From: Callorhinchus milii
Lineage: Eukaryota
Direction: 5' to 3'
DNA length: 64,000 bases
Assembly (NCBI RefSeq): GCF_018977255.1
Contig: NW_024704743.1
Span: 9,736,001 to 9,800,000 of the forward strand
The notes under the pieces are model-generated. The model was not told the origin of the DNA, did not search any database, and saw only the letters and a program-made list of their open reading frames with translations. Both the position numbers and the translations under genes were made by a program. The stretch's first letter is position 1. Every line of letters starts with the position of its first letter. Below, piece by piece: positions 37,240 to 49,800 of the stretch.

Positions 37240-38569
37240 TGTTAGCTGCTCTCTGTGTAAAATACTGCGATTATACATTACTTTCCAGCCACTCTTCCGC
37301 TTCTGAGTTTGTGATTGTAACCACATACAGTGGACTTCTGGAGTACAGTGAAATAATCTATTTAATTCTAACTGTCTATATTTTATGATTCAGAATACAA
37401 AACAAAACTTGTTATAGCGCCTTTACCTTTGGGAGGGGATTTTAAAGTGCTTCACAGGATATACTATAAAGTGGAGTGAGTGTGTATTTTGTGGGTGAAT
37501 GCAGCCAATTTGCTGTCCCACAAACAGTCATGAAATGAATGACCAATTTTATTTGGGGGATTGTCAACCAGGACACCAGGACCACCATAAGATAACCCCC
37601 TCAATAGTCTGTTCTGCAATGCAATCATTCCCAGCTTCTGCTTAGACTTTTTCCAATGCTTGGATATCACGTCTGTAATAGGAATCTCAGGACAGTACAC
37701 AATAGTTGCCAATGGGTGGTGGGGGTGGAAGAAGAGAAAGAGAGAGAGAGAGTGAGATGACACCAAGTGTTTGCACAATCCCATTATTTGTGCTGTTCCT
37801 TCTCTTGGCCGGCCAGCGAGAGGAGCTGAGATGTTCTTGTCTTATTTCTTTGGTTGAGGCTAAAATGTTAAGAGGTGAACCTTTTTCCTGAAGTACTCCG
37901 ATTGGCAGATCAGTTTTTGGGGGGTAATAATCCTTCAAAGAAAATAATAATAATAATTTGGTCACTCAATCCACAACTGTTTGTGGGATGCTGCTGTGCG
38001 CAATTGGTGCTGCGTTTCGAGCACAAATATACAATCAATTCACTTTACAGTATATTCTGTGAAGCGCTTTGAGAAGTCTTGAAGACCTGTTAAGGTGCCA
38101 TATCAAATGCAAGGATTATTATCATTATTATTATTACAATAATATTCCTTGCAATTGTCTTATCACGTCATTGAGACGTCTCAAAGAATAAACGAACTGC
38201 AGAGTATAATTGACTGGATAATTTGTGGGTGAAACTATTTGTAATGTAATTCCTGTAATTTGCATCATATGTGTAGAAACGATTCAATTGTTTAGCAGAC
38301 TGAAGCTAAGCAAATCATTTGTAATATTTTATTGGGAATTGTTTTTGAGGGAGGGAGGGCTGGAGTGCAGAGTGGGTGTTGCTGTGTGTGTGTGTGTGTG
38401 TGTGAGAGAGGATAACAAAGTAACTGCAGTGAAGGAGAGGGTTACAATCTGACAATATGTGTTGTTCACCAGCAAATCGCTACCCTTGAACCGGAACTCC
38501 TCGACTTGGCTGCTTACATTTGCAGTGAGAGCTGTGCAGGAGAGGCTCATTACAAAAAAGTCACCATTG

Positions 38570-38725
38570 CACACAGAGAGGGAGAGAGACAGACAGAGAG
38601 ACACACACCACAGAGGGAGAGAGACAGAGAGAGAGAGAGAGACACACACAGAGGGAGAGAGACAGACAGAGAAAGAGAGACAGACAGAGAGAGAGAGAGA
38701 GAGAGGGGGATACACAGAGAGACAG
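38570..38725. repeat. (GA)/(GACA)-rich tract
   Basis: Direct inspection. Confidence 0.9.
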
Positions 38726-38999
38726 ATCCCCAGCAGGAAGGGTGGAGAGATTTGATCTGATCTGGAAGCTGAAGCTGTTGGTATTGCAAAGCTGGGACTT
38801 CAGTGACGAGTGGCATCTGTTTGCTCCCCCATCCCCCCTCCCCCCATTTTCCTCTTTGTGTGTGTGTTGTGTGTAAGAAAAAAAGGATATACTGTATATA
38901 CAAAGTAGTTCTTTCTTTCTATGTGTGTATGGCTTGTTGAAGACTGTGTCTGGTGCCTCTGGGTTGCAGGAGGGAGTCTGACTGGGACAGACTAGACCA

Positions 39000-39244
39000 G
39001 ACACCACAGCACAACCCAGCCCAGCACAGCCAGAGCCCAGCACAGCCCAGCCCAGCCAGCCAGCCACAGCCCAGCACAGCCCAGCCAGCCAGAGCCCAGC
39101 CCAGCCAGCCACAGCCAGCACAGCCCAGCCAGCCACAGCCCAGCCCAGCCAGCCAGCCACAGCCCAGCCAGCCACAGCCCAGCCAGCCAGCCCAGGCACA
39201 GCCCAGCCAGCCAGCCCAGCCAGAGCCCAGCCAGCCAGCACAGC

Positions 39245-39275
<31 letters not shown>

Positions 39276-40650
39276 CAGCCCAGCCAGCCAGCCAGCCAGA
39301 GCCCAGCACAGCCCAGCCAGCCACAGCCCAGCCAGCCAGCCCAGGCACAGCCCAGCCAGCCAGCCAGCCCAGCCAGCCAGCCCCAGCCAGCCCAGCCAGC
39401 CCAGGCACAGCCCAGCCAGCCAGCCCAGCCAGAGCCCAGCCACAGCCCAGCCAGCCAGCCACAGCCAGCCAGCCAGAGCCCAGCCACAGCCCAGCCAGCC
39501 AGCCAGCCCAGCCAGCCAGCCCCAGCCAGCCCAGCCAGCCAGCCCAGCACAGCCAGAGCCCAGCCCAGCCAGCACAGCCAGCCAGCCCCAGCCACAGCCC
39601 AGCCAGCCAGCCCAGCCAGAGCCCAGCCAGAGCCCAGCCACAGCCCAGCCCAGCCAGCCAGCCCAGCCAGAGCCCAGCCACAGCCCAGCCAGCCAGCCCA
39701 GCCAGCCCCAGCCACAGCCCAGCCAGCCAGCCCAGCCAGAGCCCAGCCAGCCAGCCAGCCCAGCCAGAGCCCAGCCAGCCCAGCCAGAGCCCAGCCACAG
39801 CCCAGCCCAGCCAGAGCCCAGCCCAGCCCAGAACAGGCCAGCCACAGCCAGCCCAGAACAGGCCAGCCACAGCACAGCCAGCCACAGCCAGCCAGCCCAG
39901 CAACAGCCCAGCCCAGCAACAGCCAGCACAGCCCATCCACAGCCAGCCCCAGCACAGCCAGCCCCAGCACAGCCACAGCCAGCCCCAGCACAGCCGCCAC
40001 AGCCAGCCCCAGCACAGCCACCACAGCCACAGCCAGCCCCAGCACAGCCACAGCCAGCCCCAGCACAGCCACCACAGCCACAGCCAGCACAGCCAGCACA
40101 GCCCAGCCACAGCCAGCCCCAGCACAGCCCAGCCAGCCCCAGCACAGCCAGCCCCAGCACAGCCAGCACAGCCACAGCCAGCCCCGCCACAGCCAGCCCA
40201 GCCACAGCCCGCCCCGCCACAGCCAGCCCCGCCACAGCCAGCCCAGCCACAGCCAGCCCAGCCACAGCCAGCACAGCCACCACAGCCACAGCCAGCCCCA
40301 GCCACAGCCAGCACAGCCACCACAGCCACCACAGCCACAGCCAGCCCCAGCCACAGCCAGCCCAGCCACAGCCAGCACAGCCACCACAGCCACCACAGCC
40401 ACAGCCAGCCCCAGCCAGCACAGCCACAGCCAGCACAGCCACAGCCAGCACAGCCACCACAGCCAGCCCCAGCCACAGCCAGCACAGCCACCACAGCCAC
40501 AGCCAGCACAGCCACAGCCAGCACAGCCACCACAGCCACAGCCAGCACAGCCCAGCCACAGCCAGCCCCAGCACAGCCAGCACAGCCACAGCCAGCCCCA
40601 GCACAGCCACCACAGCCACAGCCCGCCACAGCCCAGCACGCACAGCCCAG
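39000..40650. repeat. Degenerate CAGC/CCAGC/CACAGC low-complexity satellite, almost T-free on the + strand
   Basis: Direct inspection. Confidence 0.97.
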
Positions 40651-40867
40651 CCCAGGGGGCAGCCCCGGGTGGGGGCTGTGAGATGCAGATGGGTGTCTCG
40701 GGGCAGTGTGTGTGCAGTGACAGGTCCTGTCGGCTGAGGGGAGATCTGTAAATCACACACATTTATTGTGTTGTTTGGGGGGCGGGTGGTGGACTTTTTT
40801 TTGCAAAAAAAGCAAGTCCCGCGCCCTGTGGATCTGAATTAGAAGAGCACCTGATTCCTTTCTCTCC

Positions 40868-41795
40868 ACCCCCCCACACCCCCCCACACCACACACACAC
40901 ACCCCACACACACACCCCCCCCCACACACCCCCCCACACCACACCACACACCCCCCCACACCCCACACACACACCACCCCCACACCACCGCCCCACCCCC
41001 CCCACACCACACACACACCCCCCCACACCCCACACACACCCCCCCACACCCCACACACACACCACCCCCACACCCCCCCCACACCACACACACACCCCCC
41101 CTCACACCCCCCCCACACCACACACACACCCCCCACACCCCACCCCCCCCCACACCACCCCCACACCCCCCCCCACACCACACACACACACCCCCACACC
41201 CCCCCCACCACACACACACCCCCCCACACCCCACCCCCACACCCCCCCCACACACCACCCCCACACCCCCCCACACCACACACACACCCCCCCACACCCC
41301 ACACACACACCACCCCCACACCCCCCCACACCCCACACACACACCCCCCCCCACCCCACCCCCCACCCCCCCACACCCCCCCCACACCACCCCCACACCA
41401 CACACACACACCCCCACACACACACCACCCCCACACCCCCCACCACACCCCCCCCACCACCCCCCCCACACCACACACACACACCCCCACACCCCACACA
41501 CACACCACCCCCACAACCCCACCACACCACACACACACCCCCACACACCACCCCCCCACCCCCCCCCACACCACACACACACACCCCACACCCCCCCCCA
41601 CCCCACACCCCCACACCACACACACACACCCCCACACACACACCACCCCCCACCCACCCCCCACACACACACCCCCACCCACCCCCCCCACACACACACA
41701 CCCCCACCCCCACATCACTCCCACACCACACACACCCCCCCACACCACACACACACCACTCCCACACCACTCCCCCACCCACACCCCCACACCAC
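40868..41795. repeat. C/A low-complexity tract of C-runs and (CA)n
   Basis: Direct inspection; dense G-runs on the minus strand. Confidence 0.97.
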
Positions 41796-41808
41796 GCCAT
41801 CTGGCGAT
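41794..41808 (-). promoter_or_regulatory. Candidate CTCF/YY1-like motif about 80 bp upstream of the CCNY ATG
   Basis: ACGCCATCTGGCGA (minus TCGCCAGATGGCGT); motif match only. Confidence 0.3.
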
Positions 41809-41880
41809 TAATTGAACTGCGAGACACACACACAGACAGACACACACACAGACAGACGGTAAAGCCCAGGAGGAGAAGCG

Positions 41881-42031
41881 ATGGGGAATACCACTTCTTG
41901 CTGCGTGTCCTCCAGCCCTAAGCTGAGGAGGAACCACGCTCGGCTGGAGACCTACCGCACAGACACCGACATCAGCCGCGAGGACACGGGCTGCAACCTG
42001 CAGCACATCAGCGACAGGGAGGCTGTGGACG
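41881..42031 (+). CDS. CCNY: Cyclin Y, first coding exon (151 nt, phase-1 donor); rest of gene lies beyond the window
   Basis: Translates [50 protein letters not shown], closely matching the vertebrate CCNY N-terminus as I recall it ([51 protein letters not shown]) and unlike CCNYL1 (MGNTLTCCVSP). Good Kozak context (GCGATGG); donor G|GTAGGT at 42031/42032. Gly2 and Cys7-Cys8 acylation motif intact. Exon 2 (NPSDHPRASTIF) not seen downstream. Confidence 0.95.
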
Positions 42032-42047
42032 GTAGGTTTCCATGGGG

Positions 42048-42489
42048 CTGTGTCTGTGTGTCAGTGTGTGTGTCTGCCTGTGTGTGTGTGTGTGTCTGCC
42101 TGTGTGTGTGTCTGCCTGTGTGTGTGTGTGTGTGTGTCTGCCTCTGTCTGTGTGTGTCTGCCTGTGTGTGTGTGTGTGTCTGCCTGTGTGTGTGTGTGTG
42201 TGTCTGCCTGTGTGTGTGTGTGTGTCTGCCTGTGTGTGTGTGTGTGTCTGCCTGTGTGTGTGTGTGTGTATGTCTGCCTGTGTGTGTGTGTGTGTCTGCC
42301 TGTGTGTGTGTGTGTGTCTGCCTGTGTGTGTCTGCCTCTGTCTGCCTGTGTGTGTGTGTGTGTGTCTGCCTGTGTGTGTGAAAGTCTGCCCGTGTGTGTG
42401 TGTGTGTGTGTGTGTGTCTGCCTGTGTGTGTGTGTGTGTCTGCGTGTGTGTGTGTGTGTCTGCCTGTGTGTGTGTGTGTGAAAGTCTGC

Positions 42490-42524
<35 letters not shown>

Positions 42525-43103
42525 TGCCTGTGTGTGTGTGTCTGCCTCTGTCTGCCTGTGTGTGTGTGTGTCTGCCTGTGTGTGTGTGTCTGCCTGTGTG
42601 TGTGTGTGTGTGTGTCTGCCTGTGTGTGTGTGTGTGTGTCTGCCTGTGTGTGTGTCTGCCTGTGTCTGCCTGTGTGTGTGTCTGCCTGTGTGTGTGTGTC
42701 TGCCTGTGTGTGTGTGTGTGTGTGTCTGCCTGTGTGTGTGTGTGTCTGCCTGTGTGTGTGTGTGTGTCTGCCTGTGTGTGTGTGGTCTGCCTGTGTGTGT
42801 GTGTCTGCCTGTGTCTGCCTGTGTGTGTGTGTGTCTGCCTGTGTGTGTGTGTCTGCCTGTGTGTGTGTGTGTGTGTCTGCCTGTGTGTGTGTGTGTGTCT
42901 GCCTGTGTGTGTGTGTCTGCCTGTGTGTGTGTGTCTGCCTCTGTCTGCCTGTGTGTGTGTGTGTCTGCCTGTGTGTGTGTGTCTGCCTGTGTGTGTGTGT
43001 GTGTGTCTGCCTGTGTGTGTGTGTGTGTGTCTGCCTGTGTGTGTGTGTGTCTGCCTGTGTGTGTGTGTCTGCCTGTGTGTGTGTGTCTGCCTGTGTGTGT
43101 CTG
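42048..43103. repeat. Compound [(TG)n TCTGCC]m minisatellite at the start of CCNY intron 1, with degenerate TCTG/TG continuation to about 43360
   Basis: Direct inspection. Confidence 0.97.
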
Positions 43104-45449
43104 TGGCTAGTAAAGCAATCCTAGCTTTGGAAAGAAACAATCAAACACATGGCTGGCGGCCTCTGCTGTGCTAAACTCTTCTTTGCTGTGTTTGTCTGTC
43201 TGTGTCTCTGTCTGTTTATGTGTCTGCGTCTATTTGTGTGTGTCTCAGTCTGTGTCTCTGTCTGCATGTATCTGTCTATGTCTGTCTGTCTGTGCCTATT
43301 TGTCTGTATCTCTCTGTCTGTCTGTCTGTCTGTATCTGCCTATTTGTTAGTGTCTGTCTGGCTGACTTGTTCGCCAGTAGAAGGTGTGTGATCAGAGGCA
43401 GACTGAGACTTTGCTTGCACTGTGTACGTATGTGTGTGTGTATATACTGTGTATTCAGTATATGTGTGTGTGTCATGTACTGAGGTGGGATCAACAACAA
43501 AAACAGATTACATTTGCAAAGTGCCTTTCATGTTGGGAGGTCGTCCCAAGGCGCTGGGATCAGGAAGGAATCTTAAGAATTTAGGAGCTGTGTATAATAA
43601 TAATAATCCTTGCATTTGATATAGCGCTTTATCACATTTTGGGGGCGTCTCAAAGCGTTTTACAGAATATACTGTAAAGTGAATTGACTGTATATTTTGT
43701 GGGCAAAATTGTACTGTACTAAATGTGGATCTTCTCATCAGCTCGACATTTGATGCCCAGTCCACAAGTCTGGGCACAAAGCTCCTGCTTTATTGATGTA
43801 AAATAAATTTTAGCTTCCTGAGAAATTGGTCACATCAGAGGCTTTTTAAAAAAATACACAAAATGTAAGGGAAGTCCAGAGGGAAAGTGCAGATCAGACT
43901 TAAGAATCTTTCACCAGTGTCATCCTTCCCCACATTTCACCAAAAAAAAGCAGTTTAAAACTACGTAGTGTAAATGTTTTCATATCACCATCCCCTGAAA
44001 TCGGTGACTAGGCGGACGCTCCAAAATAACAACAAATATATTACATTGCATTTATATGGCGCCTTTCACGTTGGGAGGATGCCTCCGTACTGTGTGGACA
44101 CTTGCCTCAGTCACATTTCTTTGCAACTCCTTGACTATCCAGTGGCAAAGTGACAGAGGTAAGAATCCACACAGCACCGAGCGTCTTGACTTTGTACTCA
44201 AATCAGCTCACTTCACATGCAGCAAAAAGAACAGATTTCTGTATTTTAGCAACTTAATAGAATCTTCAGGAACGATGCATGAGTTAAACATTATGGGTAG
44301 TTCGGGGGCTTTGCGTGCAGTGGAGATGGAACTATTGTAGGACTCTTAAGATAGCACAGGGCCTGTTGTTGTTTGCTGTTGTGCTGGAAAACCCTGAGTT
44401 TTGCAAAAAAATCCTCCAGACAAGGACAGTCTCCTCCCTCTGAATCCAGGTCTGTGTTGCCAGTGTTTCTCGAGAACAGAGGATTGGAATGTGATGATGT
44501 TTTTAAGCCCAGCGTAAAGTAAACTGGACATTGACTAGCGTGAACGTCATTTATTGTTATCAGCAATAGCACCAAGTTTCAATAACACTATTCTGAGCTG
44601 GTAACCTAGGTTTTGGAGGAAGATGTGTTTGAACGATGTATCAAAAGCTAGGAGCTAATTATTTTTTAGCTTTTATTGTTTGAGAGGGAACACAGGCTGA
44701 TCAGAAAGAATGTACTCTCTTGTTAACTGTGTTTGGTATGGTGAGGGGAAGGGCGTGGAGATGTTAGTGAAGAAGCTAAACTCATGATATACTAAATTAT
44801 GCTTATAAAAATGATACTTATAGAATCGACCGTGAACTATCACATACCATTGACCATTGCACAAAGCGAAACACCTGAATATTTGAAAGCTGTTCTTAAA
44901 CAGGTCAGCTCGGTCTAGAAATTAATTTAAACGTGACAAAGAGGCAGCATCAAAACGTGTACCATAAAATTAATTCTCTCACAGTCACACAACACAGACG
45001 TGTGGGCTGGTTTTCATGGTACATGCTCCCCTGTGTGTGCGTTTGTGTAAAAAAAATAACACTGCACTGGAGATTTCACAGCTTTAAAACAAAGATTAAC
45101 ACAGTTTACTCCTTGGCAGAAATAATAAATAAGTTTCACTTTCTGTTTCTTGGCAGTCTGTTGGAATCGAGCAGAAACAGTGATTTTTGTCATGCGTGTC
45201 CCGGATTAGCATACAAAATCAGAATTTTGTCTGGCCCTTCAATCGACTCATTTGCAAAATAGTTGCTGCAGCCTGAAAAGACTGTTAACGGGCCATGTTT
45301 TGTGTGAACGAATCCGATAAGTATTTATCATTTGTGCTGTTGCTTCCTGAATATTGGCCTACAGAAGGATTCTTTTGTTATTAAAGGGGAATGTTAAATC
45401 AGGATAATGGTTTCACATTCCTATCTGTACACAAATACAAAATACAAAA

Positions 45450-45860
45450 TAACAGTTGTATAGCACCTTTTGGGAGGACTTCCCAAGGCGATGGACAGTC
45501 AGAGATTTTGAACCGAGCTGGGGGTCAAGACTGGGGAGTGTGGAGGGTAGGAGGATGACCGAAGAGGAGGGATTTCAGACAGATCTTGAAGGAGGCAAGG
45601 GAGGGGGCGAGGTGGAATGACTGTGATGGAGTTCCAGGATGTGGGGAAGAGAGGCTGAAGGCCCGCTGACCAATGGTGGGGCAGGCAAGGCGGGGGAATG
45701 AGAAGCAGGTCGGAACCCTCTGAGCATAGGGAGCGGGCAGTTTGGTATAGTGTTAGGAGGTCCCAGAGATAGGGCGGAGCAAGGTCGTGGAGGGTATTGA
45801 AAGTGAGGACCAGGATCATGAACTGTATCCTCCGAGTGTTGGGGAGCTAGTGGAATCAAG
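45450..45860 (-). mobile_element. L2 3' fragment
   Basis: ORF MILVLTFNTLHDLAPPYLWDLL resembles the L2 ORF2 C-terminus; tail near 45455. Confidence 0.8.
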
Positions 45861-46889
45861 TGACTCTAACCTCATCCCTTCTGCTTGCTGATATCCTCAT
45901 TTATGCTTCAGTCACTTTAAGGATAGACTTTCCAACCCATTACTTCCATCCTTGCCAAGCTCCGCTGGCTCTCAGTATCCCAGCGCATTGACTTTTAAGA
46001 TTCTTACATTGACCATTTCAACTCCTCTCTCTCTCTCTCTCTCTCTCTATGTATACAATCTTCTCCAGCCCTATTGTCTTGCCCTCAGTCCCTACTATTC
46101 TGGTCCGTTGCTCAATCCTCACTTCATTGTCCCACCATTGATTGCTGTATCTTCAGTCGCTACGTTCCTCTTCCAAAACCTGCTTGTGCTCCATCTCTCC
46201 CTCCTAAGAACATATCCGGTCAGAATCATTAGTTTTCCCCTTCCTTCTCCATATTTGTCTCTGGTCATCTCCCTGTTCTCTGGTCATCTCCCTATTTGCT
46301 GGGTGGAAGAACGCTATGTATTATAAATGCAAGCTTTGGTTATCTCTCCCCTCCTTATCCCCCTCAGCTCCCATCCACAGCCCGGGTGTCATGCCAATAG
46401 TGTTAAGCGCCTGTGATGTCCTCCCAACATGAAAAGTGCTATATAAATGTAAATTGTATTTTATTGTACCATAATTGGAAGTGGGGAAGGGAAAGAGAGA
46501 GAATTACAGCCATTGAATGTGTTTATTTGGTTCATCCTGTATTCCTGGTGAGGGCTGAACACAAAGTATGTGAGAGGCATAGTTAATCATAGTGAAACTC
46601 ATACTGTAGTCAGTGTTAATAAAAGACCTAATGCAAAATACGTTCCCAGCGACTTCTATTTTTGTTAATAAAAGACCTTACGTTTGCTTGCTGGATAATG
46701 GATTAAGTTTATATATTGATGTTGCTTCGTGGATCTGCAGTAGATAGGATGTCAGAGCTTTCAGTCACTTTCTAGAACTCTCACTCTGAATGGTCACCTC
46801 ACTATCTCCCTTGCTCCGGGTGCAATTCTACCAATGGGCTGTGCTCCTAGGTGTTATTCTGTGTGAAGGGTGTCATAATAATCCCACAC

Positions 46890-49800
46890 GGGGAGCGGCG
46901 GTAGGACAGCGCGTGGAGGAGCCTGAGCCTACCTACACAGCTATTTAAGGTCGCGGTGGCAGGGAGTGCAGCCAGGGGGTGGGGGGCTGTGGAGGAACAG
47001 GTGGGGGCAGAGCGGGGGAACTGCTGATGTTCTAGTTTAGTTGTCAGGAGTGTGCGCGTGCAAAAAAATTAAAACCCAGCGACCCCACCCACCCCCAGGG
47101 CTCACATCAGGGCCCACAATGGTCCTATTGGGTTGGCTGCCCCAGCCTATGGGCTAATGCCATTCACCTGACCGCTCGCTCCCGGTCCTGCGTGCGCACT
47201 ATGGCTGCCGCTTTGACCCGAGCCCCCTCACCCCCTCCCTCCTCTCCACCCCCAAACCCTCCCCCCTCTGCATCTCCCCCGCTCTGTCCTCCTCTCTCTC
47301 CGTCCCTCTCGCCTTCTATCGCCATCTGACCCTCCCACAACCTCCCTCTGCTCCAGCCTGGGAATCCTCCGCCGGGCTCACCGTGGCACTCGGCGTTGGC
47401 TGTCCAGCAGCAGCCACACCGACTGCCCCATTCCCCACCACACTCGCCACCCACCCCGGACACAGACCCGGGGAGCCAACCTCTCCTCCCTTATCCCCAT
47501 TCCCCCACCCCTGCTTCACAACCTGGACCCACCCCACACACCCTTCTGTCAACCGATCCCTCCACATCGGACTACAAAACGTCCGCTCCCTCTGTAACAA
47601 GGCCCTGGTCATCAACGATCTCATCCTTGATGAGAACGTTGATATCATGGCCTTAACGGAAACCTGGCTCACCCCAGACGACACCTTCCCCCTCACGGAG
47701 GCCACACCACGCGGCTACACCTCCCACCACATCCCTCGCCCCAACCGCCATCACCATGGTGTAGCCCTTATCTCAAGAACACCACTTGCCCTATCCCCCT
47801 ACTCCTCTGGCTCTTTCCCCTCTTTCGAGCACCTCACCCTCTCCCACCCCTCCTTCCTCTCACTCAAAATCCTCCTCCTCTACCGGCCCCCTAAAACCTC
47901 TCCCACCTTCATCTCTGATATTTCAACACTTCTTACATCTCTCTGCCTCTGCTCTGATCGCCTCATCATCCTGGGCGACTTCAACCTGCACTTCACCCCC
48001 TCCTGCTCCATCTCCTCGGACTTCTCTTCCCTGCTCTCCTCGCTCAACCTCTCCCTCCACATCAACTCCCCCACTCACAGTCACGGCCACCCACTCGATT
48101 TAGTGATCACCCGGGGCCTCAGTGTCTCGGATGTCACTATCACCGACAAGGCCGTCTCCGACCACCACTTCATCTCCTTCATCACCTCCACCACCCCTCC
48201 CCACCTCCACCAGACCCACCACTATCTTCTACCGCCCCTGGAAGAAGTTACCCCCACAATCCCTAACCGCTGCCGAGCGGTTACCCCCACAATCCCTAGT
48301 CCTCTGAACTCCTCTCCCTCTGGCCTTCAACCCTCACTGACCCCTCTTCTCCTCTCACCTTCCTCCACAACACCCACTCCTCCACACTCGACACTCTTGC
48401 CCCCATCACCTCCAGTACTGTCTCCTACTCTCGCTCCTCACCCTGGTTCACCACCCACCTCCGCTCACCGAAGAGCCAGGTGCGGGCCGTTGAACGCACC
48501 TGCCTCAAATCTGGCCTAACGGTCCACCGACAAATCTGGCTGGACCTCCTCAAAATCTACCGCTCCACTCTAGCCTCGGCCAAGTCGTCCTTCTACTCCA
48601 GGATAATCCTGGAGGCGAAGAACAACCCCAGGCTTCTATTTTCTACCACATCCCGACTCCTCTGTCCCCCCCGCCACCCCGCGCAGGTCATCTCCTCCAA
48701 CCTTCACTGTGAGGAGATGCTGGATTTCCTTGAATTCAAAATCAAGGGAATCCGCTCCACGGTCACTTCCCCTCCAACCTCCACCCACCCCCCACCCCCT
48801 CCCTCCCACACTCCGACTCCTACCCATCCTCCACTGCACACTTTCGTACCCGTTTCCCCACCCTCTGTCACCAAACTAATCCTATCCCTGAAACCCACCA
48901 CCTGCTCCCTTGACCCCATCCCCACTCCACTCCTTATCTCCCAGCCGCACCTCCTTGCCCCACATATCACAGACATCATCAACTAGTCCCTCTCCTCTGG
49001 CTCTGTTCCCATTCCCTTAAAAACTGCCACCATCACTCCCACCTTGAAAAAACCCTCCCTTGATGCGTCGCAGCTATCAAGCTACCGGCCCATCTCCAAC
49101 CTTCCCTTCCTGTCCAAGGTCCTTGAAAGAGTTGTCGACTCCCAGCTGCGCTCTTTCCTCTCCACCCATTCATTATTCGAACCCCTTCAGTCAGGTTTCT
49201 GTGCTGCCCATAGCACAGGCACTGCCCTGGTCAAGGTCACCAATGACATCCTGACCATCTGCGACCAGGGCTCCCTCTGCCTCCTCGTCCTTCTCGACCT
49301 ATCAGCAGCATTCGATACGGTCAACCACGCTATCCTCCTCCACCGCTTGTCCTCCCACCTCAACCTTCAAGGTCCTGTCCTTGAGTGGTTTAGGTCGTAC
49401 CTCTCCCACTGTCTTCATTTTGTTTCCACAAATGACTTTTCCTCCAGCCCCCGCACTGTCTCGTGCGGTGTCCCTCAGGTTTCTGTCGTCGGTCCCCTCC
49501 TCTTCACCCTCTATATGCTCCCCCTCGGTGACATCATCTTCAGACATGGGGTTAACTTCCACATGTGTGCGGATGACACCCAACTCTACCTTTCCTCCTC
49601 TACCCTCAACTCCACGACCACCGATGTCCTGACAGCTGCCTGTCCGACATCGAGTCCTGGACGAGAGACAACTTTCTTCAGCTCAACGTGCGCAAAACTG
49701 AGGCCCTCCTGATTGGCTTACGTCAGCGCCTCCGCACCTCAGGCGCTGACAGCATCAGCATCCAAGGCTGCACTCTCAACCTCTCAAAGCCAGTCAGGAA

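Noticed and set aside
42032..42381. Cys/Val-rich extension of the CCNY ORF
   Set aside because: Read-through past the GT donor into the intronic (TG)n repeat.
38561..43174. Long ORFs (733, 613, 594, 545, 417, 360, 359 aa) over the simple repeats
   Set aside because: They are open in many frames at once because the repeats cannot form stop codons; low-complexity translations with no domain.
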